Positions 25,959 to 35,920 of a stretch of DNA of 64,000 nt are shown one piece after another; the stretch's first letter is position 1, and every line of letters starts with the position of its first letter. The stretch is taken from positions 617,715-681,714 of the forward strand of contig CP011212.1 in the NCBI GenBank assembly GCA_001029715.1. The letters run 5' to 3'. The position numbers and the translations under genes were made by a program. The stretch comes from a candidate division TM6 bacterium GW2011_GWF2_28_16. Lineage in GTDB: Bacteria > Patescibacteriota > Microgenomatia > UBA1400 > PJMF01. The notes under the pieces are model-generated. The model did no database searches. It saw only the letters and a list, made by a program, of their open reading frames with translations, and was not told the DNA's origin.

Positions 25959-26562
25959 TCAACTCTTCACTCGCTTTTTCAGGATTTTGGTCATCATATG
26001 TAAATGTCTGCCAACCACGTTTTATAGCCACCTCTGTATTAGAAGACATATTATCAATAAACATAATTTCCTCTGGTTTTAGACCAGTTTTTTGCTCAGC
26101 TAATTCAAAAATCTTTGGATTAGGCTTCTCAAAGCCAACTACGCTTGAATCAATAATCAAATCCCACTTAATATCTTGCATTAGACCAGCTTTTTGGATT
26201 GAACTAAGCATTCTTGGATACATATTAGTTAGCATACCCACTTTTTTGCCAAGTTTCTGAGCTTTTCTAACCACTGGCCAAATATAAGAATTAACTTCAA
26301 ATCGAGAAATAAAATCGTCGAGCATGGAATATTTTTTTGGAAAAACGAGACCAGTTTTTTCATGTAGTTCTGGAATCATATTATCTATGTCGTAATCAAT
26401 CCCTCTTCTATATTGATATTTTTGCCACACTGATTCAAACGCTTCATCGGTTTTTTTCGTCACCCCTAAATCGCTTTTCATTTGCGACCATTTATCAGTA
26501 TTGGAAAAATCCAAAATCAAAACCCCGCCTACATCAAAAAAAATAAATTTAGTTTGGTTCAT
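25945..26562 (-). CDS. HAD-superfamily hydrolase
   Basis: Motif I FFDVGGVL (DxG) and downstream HAD motifs (…GMLTN…, …DD…). Confidence 0.7.
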   Translation of the reverse strand: MNQTKFIFFDVGGVLILDFSNTDKWSQMKSDLGVTKKTDEAFESVWQKYQYRRGIDYDIDNMIPELHEKTGLVFPKKYSMLDDFISRFEVNSYIWPVVRKAQKLGKKVGMLTNMYPRMLSSIQKAGLMQDIKWDLIIDSSVVGFEKPNPKIFELAEQKTGLKPEEIMFIDNMSSNTEVAIKRGWQTFTYDDQNPEKASEELTKIL

Positions 26563-26590
26563 AAACTTTATTATGTGCTATTCTTAAATT

Positions 26591-26866
26591 ATGAGCAATC
26601 TAGAAAATTTGTGTTTCAATGGTCAACGACTTATAAGTAAAGAGCTCACAATAATAGCGACTAGTAGAGTACCAATTACTCCAGAGCAAAAAGCAATGTA
26701 TCTAGAAATGAGAAAAACAAACATACGACTAACCGATCAAGAACTTATGGCTCAGGTTATCGCCAAGACTGCCGATCTCGAAAACGCGAAACAATTTCTC
26801 CTTGCATTTCCAACCGTCGTCTTAGCAAATTGTCTAGCAGATATTCCAGAGTTAGCTATTTCTTAA
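26591..26866 (+). CDS. Hypothetical protein
   Basis: ORF only. Confidence 0.3.
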   Translation: MSNLENLCFNGQRLISKELTIIATSRVPITPEQKAMYLEMRKTNIRLTDQELMAQVIAKTADLENAKQFLLAFPTVVLANCLADIPELAIS

Positions 26867-27328
26867 ACCCTCAATCAGCTTATCTACCTTCTCAACAATC
26901 AGTCTAAATGTCTGTTCTGTTAATTCAATATGATTGATATCTGTTTCAAGACCAGATTGAGTAGAAGGCATAAAACCATCCATTTCATTCAAGTCAGGAA
27001 CATCCCACACTTCAAATTCTCCAGTATAACCCATTCCATTCTGGCAAAAATCTAAATGTTCTTGGCGCATACAAATCAGCAGATCGACTCCGCTCAAAAG
27101 TTCTTTCGTTGTTTGTTGCTGCTGCCATGACATAAATTCAATCAGAGCATTACGTTTCATCAACCTCATTGCATACCAACAAATCGGTCCATTGCCAAAT
27201 TTGTGTAAACTTGCCTCTATTCCACTAGAACTAACTTTTATTTCTTTTGAGCCAAGTTTAGATTTTAAATAAGCCTCTGCCAAACGGCTTCTGTAAGAAT
27301 TTCCAGAACAAACAAAGTGAATATGCAT
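26852..27328 (-). CDS. Low-molecular-weight protein tyrosine phosphatase/arsenate-reductase family
   Basis: P-loop VCSGNSYRS (CX5R) at the N-terminus and a DP motif near the C-terminus. Confidence 0.8.
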   Translation of the reverse strand: MHIHFVCSGNSYRSRLAEAYLKSKLGSKEIKVSSSGIEASLHKFGNGPICWYAMRLMKRNALIEFMSWQQQQTTKELLSGVDLLICMRQEHLDFCQNGMGYTGEFEVWDVPDLNEMDGFMPSTQSGLETDINHIELTEQTFRLIVEKVDKLIEGLRNS

Positions 27329-27331
27329 ATC

Positions 27332-27983
27332 TTATTTCTTCTTCCTCAGGGTAAATCTTCCCTCAGAAAGATACATTTTCATCCTATATAAAAAATGGAG
27401 AATGCAAACTACACCAAAAACTATAGATAGTTCCACATGCAGATAGAGTAGACTGGGCGTCGCAATCTCCATAGCCATCAATATTCCAAAGATAAAAGAT
27501 GGAATCAAACCAAGTAACATTACACTGTTCCAAATAAAATCATGTTTAGGTTTGACCAATAATTTCATGCTCAGGAAATATAAAACAATGGTTATCAGAA
27601 ATGGTAGAAAAACGTTATATTTTTTAACTGTGTTATTGACCGGAACTGAAGTCGGAGAAATATTCGACACAGTACTTAAAGTCCCAATTTTATAATTAAC
27701 CAATAGTTCGTCCGCTTTTGGACTATGATCCTTTCCACGACCAGCTTCAGTATTGTAATCTTCGCTGGCATCCGAGCCACACCATGGTCTGATGTCGAAC
27801 TCGCGATCATGCTCTGATAAATAAGCGCTTACATTATAGACAACTCCATCAATAGCCATCCAACAATCAGTGGAACTGGCATGCATGGCAATTTCTTCCA
27901 AGGTATATGAATTAACTGCTTTGGCAGAACCCATAGAAAGAACTAATAATAAAAAAGCAACAAAAATAGCACTAAAAAATTTC
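27332..27983 (-). CDS. Membrane-anchored cytochrome b5-like heme/steroid-binding domain protein. The ORF extends to 28003; the start is probably MKFF at 27983.
   Basis: A signal/anchor helix precedes the b5-like core YTLEEIAMHASSTDCWMAIDGVVYNVSAYLSEH…KDHS, which carries both candidate axial His. Two C-terminal TM helices follow. Confidence 0.5.
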
Positions 27984-28043
27984 ATAATTAAATGATATAC
28001 CAAAACTTCTGAGAAAACACTGAAAATTTGTTATACTTTTCTT

Positions 28044-28511
28044 ATGAAGAAAATTCTCACCCTCCTCGTCTCGATCATCACTTGTCAGTTGGCTGGCGCC
28101 ATTGGTTCAATTTTTACTTTTTCTGCCATTCCAAACTGGTATAGCACTATTAATAAACCATTTTTTAACCCACCAAATTGGCTTTTTGGACCGGTTTGGA
28201 CTTTGCTTTATTTATTCATGGGCATTGCTCTCTATCTAATTCTCATTACAAAAAAGACTGCCAAAAGAAAAACAGCGTTGATTGTCTTTTTTACTCAACT
28301 AGGATTGAACTCTTTATGGTCAATAATATTTTTTGGTCTGCACTCACCGGGTTTCGCATTTATTGAAATCATTTTCTTGCTAATCTTCATCGTGCTTAGC
28401 ATTTTAAAATTCCTGCCAATTTCTAAAAAAGCAGCCTATCTCTTAGTCCCATACTTGCTTTGGGTAAGTTTTGCTAGTATTCTCAACTTTAGTATTTTCT
28501 TACTCAACTGA
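28044..28511 (+). CDS. tspO: TspO/MBR (translocator protein, tryptophan-rich sensory protein) family
   Basis: Five TM helices with the conserved PxWxFGPVWTLLY, GIALYL, NSLWSIIFFG and LLVPYLLWVSFAS blocks. Confidence 0.85.
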   Translation: MKKILTLLVSIITCQLAGAIGSIFTFSAIPNWYSTINKPFFNPPNWLFGPVWTLLYLFMGIALYLILITKKTAKRKTALIVFFTQLGLNSLWSIIFFGLHSPGFAFIEIIFLLIFIVLSILKFLPISKKAAYLLVPYLLWVSFASILNFSIFLLN

Positions 28512-29578
28512 TGAAAAAACTACAAAGACTTCCAAACGCAGATTTAATCCGAGTTCTAGCCATGATTATGGTGATTTTTCTACATACTATTTTGAATTTC
28601 ACCATTAGACCAGATTTTTTTGCCACTAAACTATATTTTCTATTAGAACCGATTATCGCTATCTCAAAAACCTGTGTTCTTTTATTTTTTATGCTGAGCG
28701 GTTATCTCGTGGTTTCTAAAAATCGTAGCCTCAAAGAAAACACCACTAAAACTATAAATAAAATTATATTGCCACTTGGATTTTTCACTTTGCTTAATAT
28801 TGCCTATGCTTTTACTAAGTTTGAATATAATGGCAACAACATTGATGTTTTTGTAATTGAGCAATTGCGCAGAATGGCAAGTTTTCCAAGTTCACCAATG
28901 TGGTTTTTAGTTGTCTTGGCTTTCCTTTATTTGTTAAATCCAGTTTGGCAATTAATTTTTGCAAAAACTCAAAAGCCAGCGTTAGCAAGATTTATAACGG
29001 CTGCAGCTCTAATATTTTCCTTATTAATAACGATCATCGCATTTCCCATTAATAAAATTGATTTAATGTTCAATAGTTTTACCAGTTGGACCGGATTTGC
29101 TTTTTTCTATTTGTATGGAGCTTTAATTAAAAATAAATGGATTGAAATTAACAAACCAAAAATTAATTTACTAATGATTGGGTTGGGAATTTCTCTAACT
29201 ATTTTTGGAGATTTTATAACTATGTGGCAAAAAGTTAATGCGGTTCCATTTATCTGGAATGATTACACTGGAAATTATCTAAGTATCCCTGTAACTATGA
29301 CCGCTATTGGTCTTTTTAATTTGTTAATCAAAACAGATTTGCATTGGCTTAAATCAAAATTACTAGTTTATCTAGCCAGCATGTCTTTTGGTATTTATTT
29401 GATTCACACTTATGTAATCAGCCTTTTTACCGACATCATCGGCTTTGATTTTAATAAGTTAGGAATTAATGTCTATCTATACAATTTTCTCAATGTTCTA
29501 TTAGTATTTTCGATTAGTATCATAATCGTCACTATCTTAAAAAAGATTCCTAAACTAAAAACTGTTGTCGGAGGCTAA
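28511..29578 (+). CDS. Acyltransferase family 3 (OafA/YrhL-like) membrane protein
   Basis: About 10 TM helices and the N-terminal R…RVLAMIMVIFLHT block typical of acyltransferase_3. Confidence 0.7.
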   Translation: MKKLQRLPNADLIRVLAMIMVIFLHTILNFTIRPDFFATKLYFLLEPIIAISKTCVLLFFMLSGYLVVSKNRSLKENTTKTINKIILPLGFFTLLNIAYAFTKFEYNGNNIDVFVIEQLRRMASFPSSPMWFLVVLAFLYLLNPVWQLIFAKTQKPALARFITAAALIFSLLITIIAFPINKIDLMFNSFTSWTGFAFFYLYGALIKNKWIEINKPKINLLMIGLGISLTIFGDFITMWQKVNAVPFIWNDYTGNYLSIPVTMTAIGLFNLLIKTDLHWLKSKLLVYLASMSFGIYLIHTYVISLFTDIIGFDFNKLGINVYLYNFLNVLLVFSISIIIVTILKKIPKLKTVVGG

Positions 29579-29632
29579 AATCAATCAGGCTTGCCATCTG
29601 AAAAAAAATTGGTATATACTAACTCCTTGTCT

Positions 29633-30319
29633 ATGAAAAAAGAAAATATTTTAGTTGTAGTTCTAGCCGGATTTTTACTTTTTGTTGCTGTCCTCAGCAT
29701 TAAAAAAATGAATAGAAGCCAGGCAAACACTGCCGACAAAAATAACAATAGTATTAAGTACAACAATAATGAGGATAAGAGCATGCCAGCTAGTCTGTCA
29801 GCCAACAAAAAAATGAACAAACCAGAAATGATCGTTGATCAAAATAAAACTTACAACGTCACACTCCACACCAGTGAAGGCAATATCACCATCAGCATGG
29901 ATATTAAAAACACTCCTCTCACCGCTAATAATTTTATTTCTTTAGCTAAAAGCAATTTCTACGACGGAGTTATTTTTCATAGAGCCATTAAAGGCTTTAT
30001 GATCCAAGGCGGTGATCCTCGCGGTGATGGCACTGGTGGGCCAGGATATCAGTTTGACGATGAAGAATTCACTGGCGAATACCTTCGTGGCACCGTAGCC
30101 ATGGCAAATGCTGGTCCAAACACCAATGGTAGCCAATTTTTTATCATGCATCAAGATTACGCACTACAACCCAATTATGTTATTTTTGGTCACGTCATTA
30201 GTGGCATGGAAGTGGTTGATAAAATCGCCGAAGCTGAAGTCAGTACCAGTTTCAGTGGCGAAATGTCTAAGCCAATTAACCCAGTTAGCATAGATTCTGT
30301 CAGCGTTGAAGAAAAATAG
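29633..30319 (+). CDS. Cyclophilin-type peptidyl-prolyl cis-trans isomerase with an N-terminal membrane anchor. The ORF track starts at a TTG at 29591.
   Basis: FHRAIKGFMIQGGDP…GTGGPGYQFDDE…GTVAMANAGPNTNGSQFFI cyclophilin core. Confidence 0.85.
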   Translation: MKKENILVVVLAGFLLFVAVLSIKKMNRSQANTADKNNNSIKYNNNEDKSMPASLSANKKMNKPEMIVDQNKTYNVTLHTSEGNITISMDIKNTPLTANNFISLAKSNFYDGVIFHRAIKGFMIQGGDPRGDGTGGPGYQFDDEEFTGEYLRGTVAMANAGPNTNGSQFFIMHQDYALQPNYVIFGHVISGMEVVDKIAEAEVSTSFSGEMSKPINPVSIDSVSVEEK

Positions 30320-31180
30320 TTAAATAAACTCTTTGATTGCTTTGGTCAGATCAACCTTGTTTGGGAATTGTTCAATAAGAGTCTTCTCATTTAACTGAGG
30401 AATTCCTTTGTGGTAAGCAGAGCGATTATTGTTTTGATATAAAATTCCCAAACTAAGTTTCTGACTGTTTAGTATATCTGTCATTGCTTGAGCTTGATTA
30501 CTAGGATCGTAAGCTTCATCTAAATCAAAAACATTTTCCTGATACCAAGCGTAGTCTTGTTCTTTGTTAAAACTTGGGCAAGGCTGCTGAACATCAATCA
30601 AAGAAAAACCCTCGTAAAGAATACCTGCCTTAATTAGTTCGACCATTTGTTTAAGTTTGCCAGCATAAGCTCTAGCCACGAAGCCAGCTCCATTACCAAT
30701 AGCAATATTCAAAGCTAAGAGAGGAGTTTCAATTAAACCCTGAGGAGTAGATTTACTAACTGTTCCTTGAGCTGAGGTAGGAGAAGACTGACCAGTAGTT
30801 AAGCTATAGCGATGATTATTAAAAACCAAAGTCGTAATATCATGATTCCCACGACAAGCCGCCACTAGATGATTCAAGCCTTCACCATAAATATCACCAT
30901 CGCCACCGATCATAATTACTTTTTGCTTATGATTGGCTAATTTAATACCAATGGCATTTGCCATACCACGGCCATGAAGTCCATGCAAACCATAACACTT
31001 GATGAAATCAGCGGTATTACCACTGCAACCAATGCCAAAAACAATTACTACTTCCTCCATTGACAAGCCCAATTCAACTAAAGCCTGTTTCAAGGCAGTT
31101 AAAATGCTGAAATTACCACAACCAGGGCACCAAGTCGGTTGCATTGGAGACAATAATTTATCTAAAGTAATTTCTGTCAT
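30320..31180 (-). CDS. 2-oxoacid:ferredoxin oxidoreductase, beta (TPP-binding) subunit
   Basis: PTWCPGCGNF motif and the TPP-binding GGDGD block. It overlaps the stop of the alpha subunit gene. Confidence 0.85.
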   Translation of the reverse strand: MTEITLDKLLSPMQPTWCPGCGNFSILTALKQALVELGLSMEEVVIVFGIGCSGNTADFIKCYGLHGLHGRGMANAIGIKLANHKQKVIMIGGDGDIYGEGLNHLVAACRGNHDITTLVFNNHRYSLTTGQSSPTSAQGTVSKSTPQGLIETPLLALNIAIGNGAGFVARAYAGKLKQMVELIKAGILYEGFSLIDVQQPCPSFNKEQDYAWYQENVFDLDEAYDPSNQAQAMTDILNSQKLSLGILYQNNNRSAYHKGIPQLNEKTLIEQFPNKVDLTKAIKEFI

Positions 31181-32946
31181 ATTAATCGATATTGTTCATT
31201 TAGTTTTTGACTTACTAAAAATTCTAAAATGTCCTCACTATAAAAAGGTCGACCATCATAGCGCAAAATTGAACGCAAATTTGTCAAGCTAGTTTCTTTT
31301 TTAATCAAAGCTGCTAATTGTCCAGTTGAATCACCCTCTAAAACAAATAGCTCTGCTTTTTTATTTTTGACTAATTCTTCCAATTCAAGAGTAGGGAAAG
31401 GACAAACGCATGGCAGATGAATAAGAGCAATGTTTTTGGCTGCTTCATCAAGTAAAACTTCTCGCAAAACATTAACCGTCGAACCAAAAGAGATTAAAAT
31501 CTTTTCTGGATTCTCAGAACCCAAATAAAGAGGCTTTGGCAAATCTTTTCGTAAAGCTTCTAATTTAGCCGCTCGCTTATCAACTGCCTCTTTGGTAGTG
31601 ACCGCATCTTCCGTGGCAAAACCATATTCATCATGTTCATAGGAATTAGTTAATTGTAGAGCATTGGTCTGGCCAGGAATCGAACGCAGCGAAATGCCAT
31701 TCTCGCTTGATTTATAACGTAAATATTCGCCATCAACTAAGCCAGTCTCACCTAATTTGCCATCATTTAACATTGAAAAACGAGCATTCTGATTAGATAA
31801 AATCATCTTTGGCATACTCTGATGAGATTCCAAAATATATTTATCTGACATGATCAAAACTGGAAGCTGATATTTTTCGGCTAATTCGACTGCTAATTTA
31901 GCTAACTTATAATGTTCTTCCACATCGCCAGGAGTTAAAACCACTCGCAAAAATTCACCATGACCAGCACTTAGAATAAAATTCAGATCTCCCTGAGAAG
32001 TCCAGGTCGGCAAGCCAGTGGCTGGGCCCTGTCTAACTGCCTCTACTACAACTAAAGGAACCTCTGCCACTCCAACAAAAGATAGCGATTCAACCATAAG
32101 AGCAAAACCACCACCAGAACTGCCGGTCATCGCTCTCACTCCAGCAAAAGCAGCTCCAATAGCATGATTAATGGCTCCGAGCTCATCTTCGGCGTGTTTG
32201 ACTACAATTGGGTAGTCATTCTGTCTAGCAGCTAAATAATGTAAAATACCAGTGGAGGGAGTCATTGGATAAGCAGAATAAAACTGCAAACCAGCTGCCA
32301 AAGCACCAAGACCGATAGCCTCACTGCCAGTCATCAAAAGTTGTTCATCTACACCTGTAGAAATTAATTTACCAAAAGATTGCAGCTCACCCTTTTCAAT
32401 GAATTGTTGAGTGATCTCAAAGGCTGTTTTCAGCACTGCTAAATCTTTGACAGCAGCTTCCTTACTTCTGGCAAATTCATCTATTACCACTCGACCCATT
32501 GTCTCCAAGTCCATGCCAAACAAACAAGCACTTAGACCAAGAGCAGCAATGTTACTGGAAAGAGGATTAGCCCCTTGGTCTCTGGCAATTTTAGTTAAAT
32601 TAATGGCTATAACTTTAGCTTTCAATTCTGGATATTTACTAGCATCAAAAGCATTAGCATTAACAACTACTAAAGAGCGTTCATTTAGTTCTGCCAAATG
32701 ATCAAGAATAAATTTTTCGTGAAAAACAATTAAAAGATCTAGAAAACGACGCTGACAAGTTGCCCCTCTTAAAGCAGCGTGCACTTGACCACTCTGCAAA
32801 CCACCCTTAATTAGGGAAGGATATTCATAATAATTAAAAACGGCGAGACCTTGTTTTTTACAAGCTTTAGCAAAAAGCTTGGCTGATGACATAACCCCTT
32901 CACCAGCTTTAGCAGAAATTTTCCAATTAAGCGATTCCAAGTCCAT
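31177..32946 (-). CDS. 2-oxoacid:ferredoxin oxidoreductase, alpha subunit (fused gamma+alpha domains)
   Basis: An N-terminal POR gamma-like domain, then the pyruvate-flavodoxin/ferredoxin oxidoreductase core (…YPMTPST…, …GGGFALM…). Confidence 0.85.
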   Translation of the reverse strand: MDLESLNWKISAKAGEGVMSSAKLFAKACKKQGLAVFNYYEYPSLIKGGLQSGQVHAALRGATCQRRFLDLLIVFHEKFILDHLAELNERSLVVVNANAFDASKYPELKAKVIAINLTKIARDQGANPLSSNIAALGLSACLFGMDLETMGRVVIDEFARSKEAAVKDLAVLKTAFEITQQFIEKGELQSFGKLISTGVDEQLLMTGSEAIGLGALAAGLQFYSAYPMTPSTGILHYLAARQNDYPIVVKHAEDELGAINHAIGAAFAGVRAMTGSSGGGFALMVESLSFVGVAEVPLVVVEAVRQGPATGLPTWTSQGDLNFILSAGHGEFLRVVLTPGDVEEHYKLAKLAVELAEKYQLPVLIMSDKYILESHQSMPKMILSNQNARFSMLNDGKLGETGLVDGEYLRYKSSENGISLRSIPGQTNALQLTNSYEHDEYGFATEDAVTTKEAVDKRAAKLEALRKDLPKPLYLGSENPEKILISFGSTVNVLREVLLDEAAKNIALIHLPCVCPFPTLELEELVKNKKAELFVLEGDSTGQLAALIKKETSLTNLRSILRYDGRPFYSEDILEFLVSQKLNEQYRLI

Positions 32947-33017
32947 AATATATGGACATTGTACGAGCCTGCCTTTGAATGGTCAATTACTTATCTATTT
33001 GCTACAATGAAAATATT

Positions 33018-33476
33018 ATGGCAAATACTTTACTCATTTACGGAAGCTTAACAGGTAATACTGAGGGTGTCGCTCATAAAATTCAAGAAATGAGCCAAGC
33101 AAGAGGAAAAGAGATTGAAGTCAAAAATGCTCTTGACGCAGACCTAGCAGATTTGACCGGACCTTATAGTAGTTTTATTTTTGCTTCTTCAACTTGGGAT
33201 GATGGTTTACCACAAGCCGATTTTGCCGACTTTATCGAAAGAGTTAGTGCCTCCAAACCAAATTTATCCGGCAAAAAAGTTGCCATCTTAGGTTTGGGAG
33301 ATAGTAATTATGTACACTTCTGCGGAGCTACTGAAACCATTGAACAGCTTTTTATCGGAGAGATGGCTGGTCAGAAAATCATCGAGAACTTACGCATCGA
33401 CGGCTATCCAGAAATGGAAGAAAACCAGACCGCTCTTAAAAATTGGGTAGATAAATTAGTTGAGCTTATTGACTAG
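33018..33476 (+). CDS. Flavodoxin. The ORF-track start at 32979 is likely an N-terminal extension.
   Basis: LLIYGSLTGNTEGVA FMN-binding loop and …FIFASSTWDDG…. Confidence 0.8.
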   Translation: MANTLLIYGSLTGNTEGVAHKIQEMSQARGKEIEVKNALDADLADLTGPYSSFIFASSTWDDGLPQADFADFIERVSASKPNLSGKKVAILGLGDSNYVHFCGATETIEQLFIGEMAGQKIIENLRIDGYPEMEENQTALKNWVDKLVELID

Positions 33477-33763
33477 GCTTTCTTTTTGTTAGAAACAGTT
33501 TTGGCTTTGGCAACAACTTTTTTGCTGATTCTTTTTGCTTCGACGCCGGCTTTTTTAGCCATTCTTCTGGCGAAAGCTTCAGGATTTTTCTTAGCTTCAG
33601 CGGAAAGTTTCTTTAGCTGAGCTTTGCCTTTTTGAACAGTTTTTTCTGCTTTAACACGATTCTTCTTATCAGAAAAGAAAACTGCGGCTGCACCAGCAAC
33701 TGCACCTACTAACATTGGGAAGACGCCACCTCTTTTATTTGACATATACATTAAGCATAGCAA
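33473..33763 (-). CDS. YtxH-like small lysine-rich membrane protein
   Basis: A glycine-zipper helix (GAVAGAAAVFF) is followed by a K/A-rich amphipathic tail. Confidence 0.45.
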   Translation of the reverse strand: MLCLMYMSNKRGGVFPMLVGAVAGAAAVFFSDKKNRVKAEKTVQKGKAQLKKLSAEAKKNPEAFARRMAKKAGVEAKRISKKVVAKAKTVSNKKKA

Positions 33764-33768
33764 ATAAA

Positions 33769-35172
33769 TTACTTGACGTCTACTAAAAGCAAACTATCGG
33801 TTTTACGAGCGGCAGTTTTTTCACCCATGCCAGCAATGATTAAAACTTTTTGACCAGATTTGACGACTTTATTATCTTTGAGATTATCAATAATGCTTTT
33901 CTCACTAGAGTAGTCAAAGCTTTTATCGCTTGTCAAAATTGGATCAACTCCATAAACAAGAGCTAATTTGTTGTAAACAGTTTTATCGCAAGTAACGGCT
34001 TTTATCTGTACATCTGGTCTGAAACGAGAAAGCTGACGAGCAGTTCTACCACTTGCAGTTAAACAAACTACTAAATCAACTTGCTCTTTGCTCGAATCAA
34101 GTAAGGAGAAAGCAGCGTGAGTAATGGCAGAAACATCGCCGTCATCAGCCCAATCCCAGAGATAGTTCTCAGTAAATGGCTCATTGTAAGCAGCAATTTT
34201 GGCTTGGGTTTCAACACACTGAACCGGATATTTCCCAATAGTAGTTTCTTCAGAAAGCATAACTGCATCAGTACCATCATAGATAGCGTTAGCGACATCA
34301 CTAACCTCAGCTCTGGTTGGACGAGGTTCAAAAGTCATGCTCTTTAACATTTGAGTAGCAGTAATGACTGGTTTACCAGCATTACGGCATTTCTCAATAA
34401 TCATTTTTTGGTAGTAAGCCAGTCTCTCAAAAGGAACTTCAACTGCTAGATCACCACGAGCCACCATGACTGCATCTGAAGCAGCAATAATTTCATCTAA
34501 ATTATCGATAGCAGATTGGTTTTCAATCTTAGCCACCACATCGGTATGAAGACCTCTTTTCTTGAGTTCATCACGCAAAATAGCGATGTCTTTGGTATCA
34601 CGTACAAAAGACAAACCAACAAAATCAATGTCATCATCGGTCATATTGTCTAATTGCACTAGATCATTTGGAATTAAAGAAGGCATATCAATTGAAATAC
34701 CTGGAGTATTCATGGTCTTACGATGTTTGACGGTGATATTAGTAGGAGACTCAACGGTCACGCTAGTTTTATCTTTTTTAATAACTTTATATTCACAAGC
34801 ACCATCATCAGTAGAAACAGTATCACCAACTTGCAAAGCTTCAATAACGTTGGCTGGAATACTCATTTCCTTATCACCTGGCTCTGTGGATACAAATTTA
34901 GCTGTTTCACCAGCTTTAAGTTCAAAAGAACCACCATCCTTAACATTAATGCGAATTTCTGGTCCTTGGAGATCAAGTAAAACACCGACTGATTTGCCCA
35001 TTTTCTTAGCAACGTCTTTAACGCGGTGAATACGCTCCAAATGCCATTCTGGAGTACCATGTTTAGTATTAAAGCGAGCAATGTTCATACCGGCTTTAAT
35101 CAAGTCCTCCATAACTTCTGCTGTTTCTGTGGCTGGACCTAATGTTGCGACGATTTTGGTGAGTTTGGACAT
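33769..35172 (-). CDS. pyk: Pyruvate kinase
   Basis: MSKLTKIVATLGPAT…, NIARFNTKHG, and MVARGDLAVE active-site blocks. Confidence 0.9.
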   Translation of the reverse strand: MSKLTKIVATLGPATETAEVMEDLIKAGMNIARFNTKHGTPEWHLERIHRVKDVAKKMGKSVGVLLDLQGPEIRINVKDGGSFELKAGETAKFVSTEPGDKEMSIPANVIEALQVGDTVSTDDGACEYKVIKKDKTSVTVESPTNITVKHRKTMNTPGISIDMPSLIPNDLVQLDNMTDDDIDFVGLSFVRDTKDIAILRDELKKRGLHTDVVAKIENQSAIDNLDEIIAASDAVMVARGDLAVEVPFERLAYYQKMIIEKCRNAGKPVITATQMLKSMTFEPRPTRAEVSDVANAIYDGTDAVMLSEETTIGKYPVQCVETQAKIAAYNEPFTENYLWDWADDGDVSAITHAAFSLLDSSKEQVDLVVCLTASGRTARQLSRFRPDVQIKAVTCDKTVYNKLALVYGVDPILTSDKSFDYSSEKSIIDNLKDNKVVKSGQKVLIIAGMGEKTAARKTDSLLLVDVK

Positions 35173-35254
35173 TTTTTCTTTCTATATATCTACTATTTAA
35201 TTTTTAACTGAAGCATTCATTATCCCCCAAGGATAGTTTATAATCAAGAAGCTT

Positions 35255-35887
35255 ATGAAAAAAATCTATTTTGTTAGACACGGAGAAAGTGAGGGAAATG
35301 TTACTAAGAGTCATCAAAGTGCTAAAACCCCTCTTTCAGAAATAGGTCAATCACAAGCTAAAATAGTTGCCCTGCGCTTCACTAAGATTCAAGCATCGCT
35401 CATTATTGCTAGTCCTTATTTGAGAGCTCAACAAACAGCTCAGACAATAGCCGAAAAAAATAATTTAAAGATTGAAACAAGTGAGCTTTTCAGAGAAAAA
35501 AGTGGCCCAAGTGAATTGTTTGATCTTTCCCATGAAAACTTAAAATCTGTAGAAACTAGAAAAATAATTGCCAGCCATCTTTTTGATCAAAATGGTAACT
35601 GGCGATATTCTGACGAAGAAACTGCTCGTGAGTTTATTGATAGAGTTGAAAAAGCCCTAGACTTCTTACGTCAAAGATCAGAAGAAAATTTAATTGTCGT
35701 TTGCCATTCTTTGATTTTGCATATGATTTTTACCAAAATCTTAAGTCCAAAGAGTGACTTGAAAGAGCTCTACGCTATTCAAAATAATTTTAAAATTAAT
35801 AACACTAGCATTAGTGTTGCTTCATATGATGAATTGAAACAAAAATGGAGTGTTGATTGTCTCAATGATTATTCACACCTTGGCTAG
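35255..35887 (+). CDS. Histidine phosphatase (phosphoglycerate mutase-like) family protein
   Basis: N-terminal RHGESEGN catalytic motif. Confidence 0.8.
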   Translation: MKKIYFVRHGESEGNVTKSHQSAKTPLSEIGQSQAKIVALRFTKIQASLIIASPYLRAQQTAQTIAEKNNLKIETSELFREKSGPSELFDLSHENLKSVETRKIIASHLFDQNGNWRYSDEETAREFIDRVEKALDFLRQRSEENLIVVCHSLILHMIFTKILSPKSDLKELYAIQNNFKINNTSISVASYDELKQKWSVDCLNDYSHLG

Positions 35888-35920
35888 TAATTAGTTGTAT
35901 ATAATAGTTATAATAAAATC

